From: an uncultured Gemmatimonadaceae bacterium
Lineage (GTDB): Bacteria > Gemmatimonadota > Gemmatimonadetes > Gemmatimonadales > GWC2-71-9
Assembly: GCA_964348295.1 (NCBI GenBank)
Contig: CAYGBV010000002.1
Coordinates: 4,775 to 68,774 of the forward strand
DNA length: 64,000 nucleotides
Direction: 5' to 3'
The notes beneath the pieces are model-generated. The model had not been told where the DNA came from. It saw nothing but the letters and a program-made list of their open reading frames with translations, and searched no databases. This document shows positions 8,648 to 19,238 of the stretch, in pieces (positions within the stretch are counted from its first letter, which is position 1; every line of letters begins with the position of its first letter). A program made the position numbers and the translations under genes.

Positions 8648-8663
8648 TGAAAAAATCCTTTCG
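8648..8663. promoter_or_regulatory. AT-rich imperfect dyad TGAAAAAATCCTTTCG, candidate BlaI operator (site 1)
   Basis: Lies 47 nt upstream of the BlaI-like ATG in a locally AT-rich patch. GAAA/TTTC arms. Shares AAAAATCCTTT with 6100..6115. Confidence 0.25.
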
Positions 8664-8926
8664 CTTCCTGTCAAGCAATATCCGCCACCTAATTGCGATA
8701 CCACCCATCGGATTCACCGACCATCGCGGTGACGGAGATGCTACAAATCGTCGGCCAGGCAGCCCCCTGCCTGTCCACTCCCCTCTACGTTTGGAGCAGC
8801 ATCACGGTTTCCGGTGGGCATTACGAGGCTTTGGGTCCCGATTGCGACAGATGTGGTCACGACGCGCATGAGCACTAGTGAGCGCGCGGGCATCGCTTAC
8901 GGAGCCAAGGGTCACAGGTGGTATAA

Positions 8927-8963
8927 GCAAAAGCCCCACAGCCATTCAGCTGGCTGTGGGGCT
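8927..8963 (-). terminator. Rho-independent terminator after the tricorn-like protease gene
   Basis: 12-bp stem AGCCCCACAGCC (8932-8943) / GGCTGTGGGGCT (8952-8963). On the minus strand it is followed by TTTTGC. Confidence 0.7.
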
Positions 8964-9018
8964 CGCTGCGAGGGTGGGTTTCAACCGAACCCACGCCAGT
9001 CGCACACTCCTTAGCCGA

Positions 9019-12000
9019 TCACTGCCGAACCCGCACCGGATACGGCGGCCGGCTCGGCTCGGCCGCCGGGGCAGCCTCCAGCTGCTCCAGGATGACCTCG
9101 ATCGCTTTCTCCAGCTGTGGATCGCGACCGGCGATCACTTCGGCCGGCAGTTGCTCTACCTCGATGTCGGGGGGCACCCCGACGTTTTCTACCACCCAAC
9201 CGTCCTCGGTCCAGATAGCCAGGTTCGGCGCGGTGATTCGGCCTCCGTCCATCAGAACCGGGAACCCCAGGATCCCCACTAGTCCACCCCAGGTCGGACG
9301 GCCGACCAGGGTGCCCAACTCGAACTTGCGGAACATCCACGGCAGGAGATCGCCGCCCGAGCCGGCCGTCTCGTCTATCAGCATCACCTTGGGACCGTGT
9401 ATCGCCCCCTGTGGAGTCTTCAGGTCCGCCCCATATCTCATCGCCCAGTAGCTGATGAGCGGGCGCCGCAGGATGTTGATGTAGTAGTCGGCGATCTGAC
9501 CGCCGCCGTTATGGCGCTCGTCGATGATGATCGCCTCCTTATCGGTCTGCGGGAAGAAATACCGCTTGAAGTACTCGTGCCCGAGTCCCGCCGTGTTCGG
9601 CACGTACACGTAGGCCACGCGGCCGTCGGTAGCTTCGTGCACCTTCCTCAGGTTGCCCTCCACCCAATCGCGGTTGCGGAGCGCTCGCTCGTTCGGGATC
9701 GGGACGACCTTCACCGTGCGGGCGCCTCTGCCGTTGGGGTCCGGCCCAACGGTGATCTCCACGATCTTTCCGGCCGTGTTCTCGAACCGGCTGTAGAGGT
9801 TCTCCGGCGGCCGGAGATCCTCGTCTTCCACCGCGAGCAGATACTCCCCCGGCTGCACCTCCACACCGGGCTCGGTCAGCGGAGAGCGCAGCTCCGGATT
9901 CCAGTTGAGTCCGCCGTACACCTTGGCGAAGCGGTACCGCCCCCGTTCGATCTCGAAGTCAGCTCCCAGGAGCCCGCCCGGCACGGTCTCGGCTCGCTCC
10001 AGGACATCGCCGCCCCCCACGCTATGGTGGCCAACAGCGAGCTCGCTGTGCAGCCACCGGAGCAAGCGGTTCAGATCCGAGCGCGCGGACAGGTGCGGCA
10101 GGAACACGGCGTACTTCTCCCGCAACGTGGCCCAGTCGGCACCGTGCATGTTGGGGTCGTAGAAGTAGTCGCGATTGATCCGCCAGGCTTCGTGGTAGAT
10201 CTGGTTCCACTCCGCCCGCGGGTCGATGCGGACCTTGATACGGTCCGCAGAGATCCTGCCCTCGCCCTGCTTGATCGCATTGCCGCTCGCCTGAGCGATG
10301 AACCAATCGCGATTCGACGTGGCGTACAGGACATGCTTCTTGTCGGCCGCCAGCACAAACCGGGTCGCCCCGTCAATCAGCGTCGTCTCCTCGCGTTCCT
10401 CTAGGTCGAAGCGCCGCAGGCTCAGGTCGTCAGAATCCCCCCCCAATGGGCTAAACGCGCTGGCTGGACTGTCGGACTTGAGGTAGTAGAGCTGTCCGGG
10501 TGAGCCTGCCTGCAGACTAGAGTAGGTGCCCGCCTCGAGCGGCAGGGCGAGAATCCTCTGGTCCAGGCCCTCGAAGTCAATGCGGACCGTGACCTCATCC
10601 TCCTCTCCACCGGCCGGTTCTTGGTCACCCTCCGCCCCCTCTCCAGCTTCCTCATCACTCTCCTTGGCAAGGGGCGACGGGGTGCCCTGCCGGAGCACCG
10701 CGAGAAAGATGGAGCTGGTCATCTCCAGATCATTGTTCGACTGCGCGAACCACTGAATCACCGGCCCGGCATCCGTGGACACCAGCAGGTACAGGTACTC
10801 ACCGCCGGCGTCGAATACCGCCTCTGAGACCTCACTGAGCCCGTCCGTGACCGCGTGTGACTCGCCTGTCTCAAGTGAGTGCACGTAGACGGTGTGGACG
10901 TTCGTCTCGTTGTTCCGGGTGTAGGCGATCCAGCGCGAGTCGGGCGACCAGGAGTGGTAGGGCGGCTGCAGCGGACCATACACCACATCTGCGTCGATCC
11001 GGCGCGAAACTCCCGATTCCAGATCGAGCCAGTACACGGCCCGCGAGTTGTCGATGTAGCTGATCTTCTCGCCGTCCGGAGACCACTTCGGGTCCTGGTA
11101 GAAGCCGGCTCCATCCAGTGCGTACCTTCGCACGTCCCCCTTACCGTCTTGGGGAGCTACGTGCAGCATGTACTCCCCGGATTCATCCGAGAAGTACGCG
11201 ACGGACGCCCCGTCGGGCGACCACACGGGAGACCGCTCGTGAGCGGCCACCGACTTCGTGAGGTTGCGGTGATCGCCTTTCTTCTTCGGGACGGTCACGA
11301 TCTCTCCCCGAAACTCGAAGGCGGCACGCGCTCCGGATGGCGACAGGGTGGCATTCCTAATGAAGTTGGGCCCCTCGGCGTACCTCGATCGAACCTCGAT
11401 CAGGTCAGACGCGATCCGAATCGGGACGGGACCGCCCTCACCCGTCGACGGCTCGTAGAGGTGCAGGCGACCAGCCTGTTCGTAGGCGATCTGCGCACCG
11501 CCGGCCGAGGCGTTCACGATCGGGAAGTCGGAGTGCGACGTCAGTTGCTCGATTCGACCGGAAGCCGGATCGAACGAGAAGAGGTTGAACTCGCCGTTAC
11601 GGTCCGAGCGAAAATACACGGTGTTGCCGACCCACATCGGATCGGTGTCGTTGCAGCGCCCGGCCGGCTGCGGTATCTGCTGGACCGAGTGATCGCCGGT
11701 GTCGTAGATCCAGATCCGGGTCGCCGTCCCACCCCGGTAGTTCTTCCACTGGTTGAAGGCCTCGTACAGCGGCGTGTAGGCTATCTTGGAGCCGTCCGGC
11801 GAGTAGCTGGCCTTGAAGGCGTGCGGGATGGGGAGTTGATCGGGATGGCCACCCTCAACCGGCACGGTGTAGAGCTGGCGATGTCGGCCCGTGTAGGCGG
11901 CCCGGGCCGACGTGAAGAGCACCGCCGCGCCGTCTATCGTGAAGCCCTGGACGATGTCGCTGCCCGGATGCCAGGTCAGCCGCGTGGGCACTCCACCGTC

Positions 12001-12315
12001 GACGGGTACCACGTAGACGTCCGTGTTTCCGTCGTACTGGCCGCTGAAGGCGAGCGTGCGGCCGTCCGGTGAGAAGCGAGGATTGGCCTCAAGTCCCTGG
12101 TGCGTCGTGAGCTGCCGGACGCCGCCGCCGTCGTGCCTGGCGATCCACAAATCGCCGGCGTACGTGAACGCGATGTGGGACTCGCTCGTCGCCGGCTGGC
12201 TGAGCATGAGGGTAAATTCGGCTCTGAAAGCGTCACCTTGAGCAAACGCGATGTTAGCCGGGGCCGACAGACCGATCAGAATCACAACGCCGATCGCTGG
12301 CTTTACTCTCTTCAT
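9019..12315 (-). CDS. Tricorn-protease-like S41 peptidase with TolB/PD40 beta-propeller domains
   Basis: 1098-aa ORF with signal peptide MKRVKPAIGVVILIGLSAPANIAFAQ. N-terminal PD40-type repeats (PRFSPDGRTLAF, YSPDGSKIAYT, VWSPDGASVAYF, KWSPDGEKISY, SWSPDSRWIAY). C-terminal S41 block IIDERHNGGGQIADYY...LIDETAGSGGDLLP. Confidence 0.85.
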   Translation of the reverse strand: MKRVKPAIGVVILIGLSAPANIAFAQGDAFRAEFTLMLSQPATSESHIAFTYAGDLWIARHDGGGVRQLTTHQGLEANPRFSPDGRTLAFSGQYDGNTDVYVVPVDGGVPTRLTWHPGSDIVQGFTIDGAAVLFTSARAAYTGRHRQLYTVPVEGGHPDQLPIPHAFKASYSPDGSKIAYTPLYEAFNQWKNYRGGTATRIWIYDTGDHSVQQIPQPAGRCNDTDPMWVGNTVYFRSDRNGEFNLFSFDPASGRIEQLTSHSDFPIVNASAGGAQIAYEQAGRLHLYEPSTGEGGPVPIRIASDLIEVRSRYAEGPNFIRNATLSPSGARAAFEFRGEIVTVPKKKGDHRNLTKSVAAHERSPVWSPDGASVAYFSDESGEYMLHVAPQDGKGDVRRYALDGAGFYQDPKWSPDGEKISYIDNSRAVYWLDLESGVSRRIDADVVYGPLQPPYHSWSPDSRWIAYTRNNETNVHTVYVHSLETGESHAVTDGLSEVSEAVFDAGGEYLYLLVSTDAGPVIQWFAQSNNDLEMTSSIFLAVLRQGTPSPLAKESDEEAGEGAEGDQEPAGGEEDEVTVRIDFEGLDQRILALPLEAGTYSSLQAGSPGQLYYLKSDSPASAFSPLGGDSDDLSLRRFDLEEREETTLIDGATRFVLAADKKHVLYATSNRDWFIAQASGNAIKQGEGRISADRIKVRIDPRAEWNQIYHEAWRINRDYFYDPNMHGADWATLREKYAVFLPHLSARSDLNRLLRWLHSELAVGHHSVGGGDVLERAETVPGGLLGADFEIERGRYRFAKVYGGLNWNPELRSPLTEPGVEVQPGEYLLAVEDEDLRPPENLYSRFENTAGKIVEITVGPDPNGRGARTVKVVPIPNERALRNRDWVEGNLRKVHEATDGRVAYVYVPNTAGLGHEYFKRYFFPQTDKEAIIIDERHNGGGQIADYYINILRRPLISYWAMRYGADLKTPQGAIHGPKVMLIDETAGSGGDLLPWMFRKFELGTLVGRPTWGGLVGILGFPVLMDGGRITAPNLAIWTEDGWVVENVGVPPDIEVEQLPAEVIAGRDPQLEKAIEVILEQLEAAPAAEPSRPPYPVRVRQ

Positions 12316-12486
12316 ACTACCTCCGGTACTTTGTGGCTATCCTGCCGCTGCCTGGCGCGCGCACAATGGCGCGCTCGGCAGCGGCGGCTCATGGGAGGTC
12401 CAATAGGTCGGCCAAGTAACAAGCAAAGATGCAGGCCGCCCACAACGGACGCGAGAGCAGCAAGGGGTCACGCAGCCGCGTATCCC

Positions 12487-12945
12487 CTAGTCCTGCTCAA
12501 CGAGCGTCGTAGTCATTGGGCCGAATCCGTGCACCTGTACCACCGTCTCCCCCACAGCAAACATATACGCTGGTACGTCGGCGGCTACGACCACGTAGCT
12601 ACCGGGACCGTACTCGCGCGCTGCCGGTCGGTCCATCTTCTCTCCGATCCCCACGTAGAACCTGCCGGACATCACCGTCATGTGTTCAGCCACCGGATGC
12701 GTGTGGGGCTCCATCTCGAAACCGTCTGGCAGGATCAAACGGAACGTGAACGGCTCCCCGGGTTGCGCGGGATCGCCATGGAGGCTGGCGATCTTCACGC
12801 CGGTGGCTCCCCGGGATTCCCAGGTAATGTCGGACGGTGTGAGCAGCACATTGTCGCCCTGCTCCTGTGCCTGCGCGGCGGTCGTCAGCGCGACGATCAA
12901 ACCCAAGGACGCGAGACCTGTGCACACTAAACGCACGACAGTCAT
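12487..12945 (-). CDS. Secreted cupin-domain protein
   Basis: 152 aa. Signal peptide ending TTAAQAQ. Cupin motif EPHTHPVAEHMTVMSGRFYVG. Confidence 0.65.
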   Translation of the reverse strand: MTVVRLVCTGLASLGLIVALTTAAQAQEQGDNVLLTPSDITWESRGATGVKIASLHGDPAQPGEPFTFRLILPDGFEMEPHTHPVAEHMTVMSGRFYVGIGEKMDRPAAREYGPGSYVVVAADVPAYMFAVGETVVQVHGFGPMTTTLVEQD

Positions 12946-12998
12946 CTGGCCTCCGTGTCAGAAATCAGAGATGGAGTGGGCAAGCCGGCGAGCAAGGG

Positions 12999-14564
<1,566 letters not shown>

Positions 14565-14670
14565 TGGGCTGGGAACTCCAGGACCTTGGCGAGCGCTGCT
14601 GTGACGCGGTCGAGCTGATCCGTCATGGGTCAGCTAAAGATGAGCGACGCAGGTTGACCACGCGAGCGCC

Positions 14671-15516
14671 CTACGTGCCACCACCCCCGGGTATCACCCC
14701 CACCATCCGCAGCGGTCCCCCGCTTCCTCCGGCGATCTTGATCGGCAGGGCGATGACGTAGGCGCCGGTCGGCGGCAGGCGATCGAGCTGCGCCACGTTC
14801 TCGAACGCCGGCATGTCCTGCGCGTACAGGATCCGGTGGCTCTCGAACAGCGTAGACTGCCCGAAGTCGATGCTCGGCGTGTCGATTCCCAGCGCGTCGA
14901 TCTGGCGGTTCTCGACCAGCCAGCGCGCGGCGTCCGGGTGGAGACCCGGGAAGTGCAGCTCGGGCACGGCCGCGGAACCGGTGAGCGCCGTGCCGAGATA
15001 CGCCTCGGGGTCGGGCCAGCGCGTGCCCCAGCCGGTGTACAGCAACAGGATGGCGCCATTCGCGATCTCCCCGTGCGCCGCTTCCCAGGCCGTGAGGTCA
15101 TCCACCGTGACCAGGTAGTCGGGGTCGGATGCGGCTGCCGCGCTCACGTCCACCACCGCCGCGGGGCCAACCAGGCGCTGCAGCAGGATCTGTTCTGCGG
15201 TGTGCCGCCCCTCCGCGAAGTGGACGGGGGCGTCGAAGTGGGTGCCCCCGTGCTCCGCCATGCAGAAGTTGTTGGCGGCATAGTAGTAACCGGCCTCCGT
15301 CGGACCGGCAGCGACGACCTCCAGCTCGAACGGCTGTGCCGTGGGCCAGAAGATGGTATTCCCGTCGTAGGGGTAGCTCATGTCGATCCACTCTGCACCC
15401 GCTCCGGAGAAGAGGTCGGCGACGATGGCCGCCGAGTAATCCTGCGTCGGCCGACAGCCGGTCGACATGAGCAAGATCGCCGCGCCGCTCGCGGCCACGA
15501 TACTCAGACGTCGCAT
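14671..15516 (-). CDS. Cyclase-family protein (kynurenine/aryl-formamidase-like), probable lipoprotein
   Basis: Start moved to ATG 15516 (MRRLSIVAASGAAILLMSTGC, a lipobox) with GGGGAGG upstream. Contains the HGGTHFDAPVHF block typical of the putative cyclase family. The 85 upstream codons in the ORF track have no support. Confidence 0.7.
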   Translation of the reverse strand: MRRLSIVAASGAAILLMSTGCRPTQDYSAAIVADLFSGAGAEWIDMSYPYDGNTIFWPTAQPFELEVVAAGPTEAGYYYAANNFCMAEHGGTHFDAPVHFAEGRHTAEQILLQRLVGPAAVVDVSAAAASDPDYLVTVDDLTAWEAAHGEIANGAILLLYTGWGTRWPDPEAYLGTALTGSAAVPELHFPGLHPDAARWLVENRQIDALGIDTPSIDFGQSTLFESHRILYAQDMPAFENVAQLDRLPPTGAYVIALPIKIAGGSGGPLRMVGVIPGGGGT

Positions 15517-15709
15517 ATGGGCCTCCCCAGGTTCACGCATACGGGGTCTCGCGGGGACTCGCAGCAAAAGTGACTCGCCGCGGAGCATCTGGCCAGCGGG
15601 CGACGCCCGACAATCTGGCGCTTCCTCTGCACGGAGTTTGGGAGGTGCTTCGGTCCGAGTCAGCTCTAGAGTGGTCTGGTAGACTGTTCCAACAAAGTGG
15701 ACGAACCTG

Positions 15710-15738
15710 AGGCGGGTGACCTCCCGGGTCACCCGCCT
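15710..15738 (-). terminator. Strong GC hairpin downstream of the small OMP gene
   Basis: 12-bp perfect stem AGGCGGGTGACC / GGTCACCCGCCT with a 5-nt loop. The T-tract on the minus strand is weak, so this is either an intrinsic terminator or an RNA-stability hairpin. Confidence 0.45.
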
Positions 15739-15807
15739 GGTTTCGTGTGTCTCGCCGCCCCCCGAGGCCACCGCTGATACGGCGTGCCTTCGGTGTGCCG
15801 ACCTCCC

Positions 15808-16371
15808 CTACATGAACCGCTTGCCTACGAACAGCCGGAACTGCCACGAGCGGTTGTGCGCCAGGAGCGTCTCGAACGTATCGGACAGTCCCAGCGAGTA
15901 GCGCACATCGAGCGCGAAGAACGTGTCCGACGGCGTCCACTTTCCGACCTGGATGCCGAACGGCCAGGCCCACTCCGTCTTCTTCTGATCACAGGTGAGT
16001 AGGACCGCCTCGGACGAGCAGCCGATCGGAAAAGCCACACCAAGGCCGGTATATACCCGGGCGCGCAGGCCACCGCCGCTGCCGTAAGTGCCGCCAACGA
16101 GGAACGGGATCTCGATGTAATCCACCCGGGTGTCGCCGCCGCCCTTCTGGATCCAGTTGGCCTCCAGGTTGAAGGCCACGTAGTTCCAGCCGCGGTACCC
16201 CACGGTCACTCCGGCCGTACCGCCCCAGCGATGGTCGGTGTTTACGGCGCAGCAGATGTCTCCGTACGTGGCGCCGCCGGAGATGGCGGCGAACTTCACC
16301 TGTGCGGCCGCCGAGCCGGCGAACGCCAGCGACAACAACGCGGTGAGCGGCACCAGCCTCTGCAGTCTCAT
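15808..16371 (-). CDS. Small outer-membrane beta-barrel (porin-family) protein
   Basis: 187 aa. Signal peptide MRLQRLVPLTALLSLAFAGSAAAQ. Gly/aromatic-rich alternating strands. Confidence 0.65.
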   Translation of the reverse strand: MRLQRLVPLTALLSLAFAGSAAAQVKFAAISGGATYGDICCAVNTDHRWGGTAGVTVGYRGWNYVAFNLEANWIQKGGGDTRVDYIEIPFLVGGTYGSGGGLRARVYTGLGVAFPIGCSSEAVLLTCDQKKTEWAWPFGIQVGKWTPSDTFFALDVRYSLGLSDTFETLLAHNRSWQFRLFVGKRFM

Positions 16372-16441
16372 TCTCTGCCTCCTTTGGCTCCGAAGGGTGT
16401 AGAGCGGCCGGTTGTCAGGTGCTATCTGTCGTATTGCCTGA

Positions 16442-16675
16442 TCAATCGCGGAATGGCGAGCGCTTGGGCCGTGAGCGCGCCGGCCCGACGGAATCCAGCA
16501 TGCGCTGGAGCTCCTCGATGCTCAGCTCGAAGGGGTCTCCCTCATACCCCGGAGCTTGTGCGGTCCGGGACGCCTCGGGGTTCCCCGCCACCGGCGTGAA
16601 CTCCCACTCGTCGCGCGACCGGTCGCGGATCTCCCACACGTTGCCGTTCCGGTCGGTGAACCTGCGATAGCCCAT
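16442..16675 (-). CDS. Hypothetical small protein (77 aa)
   Basis: ATG with GGAGAG upstream. GC3-rich codons and a balanced composition (MGYRRFTDRNGNVWEIRDRSRDEWEFTP...DPFELSIEELQRML). I recognise no family. Confidence 0.45.
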   Translation of the reverse strand: MGYRRFTDRNGNVWEIRDRSRDEWEFTPVAGNPEASRTAQAPGYEGDPFELSIEELQRMLDSVGPARSRPKRSPFRD

Positions 16676-16890
16676 CGTGGCGGCTCTCCTGCCCAGGTAG
16701 CGGTGGCCCTATAATGACACACGGAGTCGGATCATGCCACCGCGCCCACTCGACCACTTATCGTGTAACTCACTGCCTCGCAGCCATTTGGGCTGCCGCG
16801 CGCGGTGCAGCACGGTGACGCCCGTTACCGCTCGGCGCGTCATCCCACCCTACGTTGACCAGTGGCCCAGGCATCGCACAAGGAGGTAAC

Positions 16891-17259
16891 ATGCCCCGAC
16901 TCAGCGCTGGGGCCATGCGTAAGCTCGAGGGCCTGGAGGAGGCGAGGCGCAAGCTGGACCACCTGCGCTCCCTGGTGGAACAGGCCGCGGGCTATCAGGC
17001 CGACATGTCCATCATGAAGCGGATCGGCCGGACGGCGGCCGACGCCGGTCGTGTGCTCGACGGCATCGGCTACGGTGCCCTGGCCCAGACCCTGGGCGAG
17101 CTCGGCATGATCGTGCGACGCACGACCACGAGCCAGGCCAAGATCCGCACCATGCGAGAGCTCGTGGCCGCCGCCCGAGCGGGGCTCGAGCAGGCGGAGA
17201 GGAACGTGCAGAAGGTCCAGCCGAGCGGCCCAGAGGAGAAAGAGGAGAAGCAGGAATAG
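16891..17259 (+). CDS. Hypothetical helical protein (122 aa)
   Basis: ATG at 16891 is preceded by AAGGAGG with a 5-nt spacer. Helical, Ala/Arg/Glu-rich, with an acidic tail EEKEEKQE. I recognise no family. Confidence 0.5.
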   Translation: MPRLSAGAMRKLEGLEEARRKLDHLRSLVEQAAGYQADMSIMKRIGRTAADAGRVLDGIGYGALAQTLGELGMIVRRTTTSQAKIRTMRELVAAARAGLEQAERNVQKVQPSGPEEKEEKQE

Positions 17260-17271
17260 CCGGTCCACGCC

Positions 17272-18231
17272 TCACAGCGTGATCCGCATTCCCTCCCGCG
17301 CCAGCTCGAAGCCTCGGCGGCGCACCTCGGCGGCCTCGGCGCCCCCATCGAGCACCGGATTCGTGTTGTTGAAGTGCGTGAACATCACGCGCCCACTCCC
17401 ACCCACCGTGTGCTCGAGCAGGTCCATCGTGTGGGGAATGAGCGGGTGGGGGATGTCCTCGATGTTGCGGCCCGGCACCTCGTTGGCAGAGTAGAAGGTG
17501 CCGTCGAGCAGGGCCGTGTCGACACCCATGACCACATCCACCACCGAGCGGTCCCACGCCTCCCACCGGTCCACGTCCGGCACGTAGAGGATCGAGGACT
17601 GCGGACCGCGAAACACGAACCCCACCGTGTCCGAGAACTCGGGGCGGTGCGGCACGGGAATCATCCGCGCCGACAGCCACTCATCCACCTCGAACGGCTC
17701 ATCCGTCGGGACTTCGGGGAAGTAGATCCGGCCCTCGTCCACCAGCAGGCTCCACGGACCGTTGGACGACAGGTACTCGGCCATGCGCGGCGTGCAGTAG
17801 ACCGGCGTACGCTCCATGCCCAGGCCCTCGCGCCCCAGCTGCGCCAGTCCCAGGTAGTGCCCGATGTGCCCATGCGTGAGGAAGATGCCGTCGAACGGGC
17901 GGCGCGCCGCCGCCCGGCGGCGGAACTCGCCGTCGTCGATCAGATCGAGCTGCCGCGTGATGTCGGGAGTCGCGTCAACCAGGTAGTACCGCTGCGCTTC
18001 CGGATTGATCAGCGCGAGTGACGCTACGTACCGCGGCTCGGCACGGGCGCGGTCGCAGCGCGGTGTGTAGCAGCCGACCTGGGGGATGCCGCCGTCTTGC
18101 ACGGTGCCGAGAACGAGGGCATAGGGATCGGCGGCGCCACGGCACCAACCAGCCAGGAGGCGTACGGGTCGGGGGGCCAGCAGCACCGCGCCCAGGGCCC
18201 CGAGCAGCTCGCGACGGGAGATGTCACTCAC
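17272..18231 (-). CDS. MBL-fold metallo-hydrolase (PqqB-like) with twin-arginine signal
   Basis: SRRELLGALGAVLLAP is a Tat-type N-terminus. Metal motif FLTHGHIGHY. Candidate starts are GTG 18231 (GTGAGTGA overlap with the upstream stop) or ATG 18243. Confidence 0.7.
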   Translation of the reverse strand: MSDISRRELLGALGAVLLAPRPVRLLAGWCRGAADPYALVLGTVQDGGIPQVGCYTPRCDRARAEPRYVASLALINPEAQRYYLVDATPDITRQLDLIDDGEFRRRAAARRPFDGIFLTHGHIGHYLGLAQLGREGLGMERTPVYCTPRMAEYLSSNGPWSLLVDEGRIYFPEVPTDEPFEVDEWLSARMIPVPHRPEFSDTVGFVFRGPQSSILYVPDVDRWEAWDRSVVDVVMGVDTALLDGTFYSANEVPGRNIEDIPHPLIPHTMDLLEHTVGGSGRVMFTHFNNTNPVLDGGAEAAEVRRRGFELAREGMRITL

Positions 18232-19231
18232 TCGACCGCGCATCCCGCCCGATCCACTTGGCCAGCTTCCGCCCCACAACCGGGTGGTTGAGGTAGCCGA
18301 AGGCCTTGTGCGGGTTGGACCCGGCCGCGCCTACCCAAAACGTGTAGATGCGTGGCAGGTCTCGAATCCGGCGCACCAGCCCTCGGTGCTGCATCTTCGC
18401 GAAGTTGGCCTCTGCCGTCGCGTGGTGCACCACGAAATCGTCGTGCGCGGCGACATTGACCCAGTCCAGCACGTTGGCCGGGTAGAGGCCGTCGTCAGGC
18501 TCACCGGCGTCGTACAGGTGCCGCTGGATGATACCGTCGCCGAGCGGACTCCCCATTGTGAGCCACAGTGAGACCTTGTGGTCGTGCAGCCTCCGATGCT
18601 CGCTCAGCCGGGAGAGCTTCCACAATACGTCGTAGGCGACGATGCAGCCCATGCTGTGTGTGACCAGCGCGAGGTCGTCGCCCTGGCGCAGCGCCAGGCT
18701 CAGGACGCGCTGCACGCGGCGTCGAATCTCGGAGCCCCACTGGCGGGTCCGCAGGTAGGCCCCCAGGTCCGGAAAGATCCGCTCGATGGTCCGAATCCCG
18801 AGCCGCGTCAGCGAGGCCAGGGGGCTCGCTACCCGCAGCACATCGTCCAGGAAGCGTAGATTGCGGTGCTCCCGCACCAGCTGCCGATAGTGCTCGGCGG
18901 TGTGACTCCTGAGGGGCCGCGTCACCAGCTGGTCGAGCCACGGCCGATCCTCGTCCGGATGCTCGAACCACTTGTCGCGCCGCCGGATCATCGTTCGCGC
19001 CCGCTCCGGGCGAGCGGCGACCATCAGCGCCGTAGTGAGGTCACCGTAGTAGGCCACCGACAACCGCACGCGCCCCCGCTCCACCGCCCGCGCGGCCGCC
19101 CGGTCCACCTGCACCATTCGCTCAAGCAGTGCCCGCCGCACGGAGGCGGTCAGCACCCGCCGCTCGGGCTTGGCGCCCCGTCCATGGACGTAGACGATGT
19201 GCTTCAGACAAGACCTCCCCCGACTCCGCAA
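18224..19231 (-). CDS. Alpha/beta-hydrolase-fold protein (lipase/PGAP1-like)
   Basis: IVYVHGRG oxyanion-type block, nucleophile elbow THSMGC, and later MGSPLGDG. The start is uncertain: TTG 19231 has no SD, while GGGGGAGG sits 6 nt before an in-frame CTG at codon 9. Confidence 0.6.
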   Translation of the reverse strand: MRSRGRSCLKHIVYVHGRGAKPERRVLTASVRRALLERMVQVDRAAARAVERGRVRLSVAYYGDLTTALMVAARPERARTMIRRRDKWFEHPDEDRPWLDQLVTRPLRSHTAEHYRQLVREHRNLRFLDDVLRVASPLASLTRLGIRTIERIFPDLGAYLRTRQWGSEIRRRVQRVLSLALRQGDDLALVTHSMGCIVAYDVLWKLSRLSEHRRLHDHKVSLWLTMGSPLGDGIIQRHLYDAGEPDDGLYPANVLDWVNVAAHDDFVVHHATAEANFAKMQHRGLVRRIRDLPRIYTFWVGAAGSNPHKAFGYLNHPVVGRKLAKWIGRDARSSE

Positions 19232-19238
19232 ACGGCCG

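Noticed and set aside
8966-8986. Hairpin GTGGGTT-N7-AACCCAC that superficially resembles a tRNA T-arm
   Set aside because: There is no GTTCRANYC loop, no acceptor or anticodon arms in the flanks, and the length context is wrong. I found no tRNA-like T-loop in any intergenic gap longer than 75 nt.
16710-16715. Perfect TATAAT hexamer in the divergent region 16676..16890
   Set aside because: No acceptable -35 or extended -10 element on either strand, so I cannot assign a strand. Left as a remark only.
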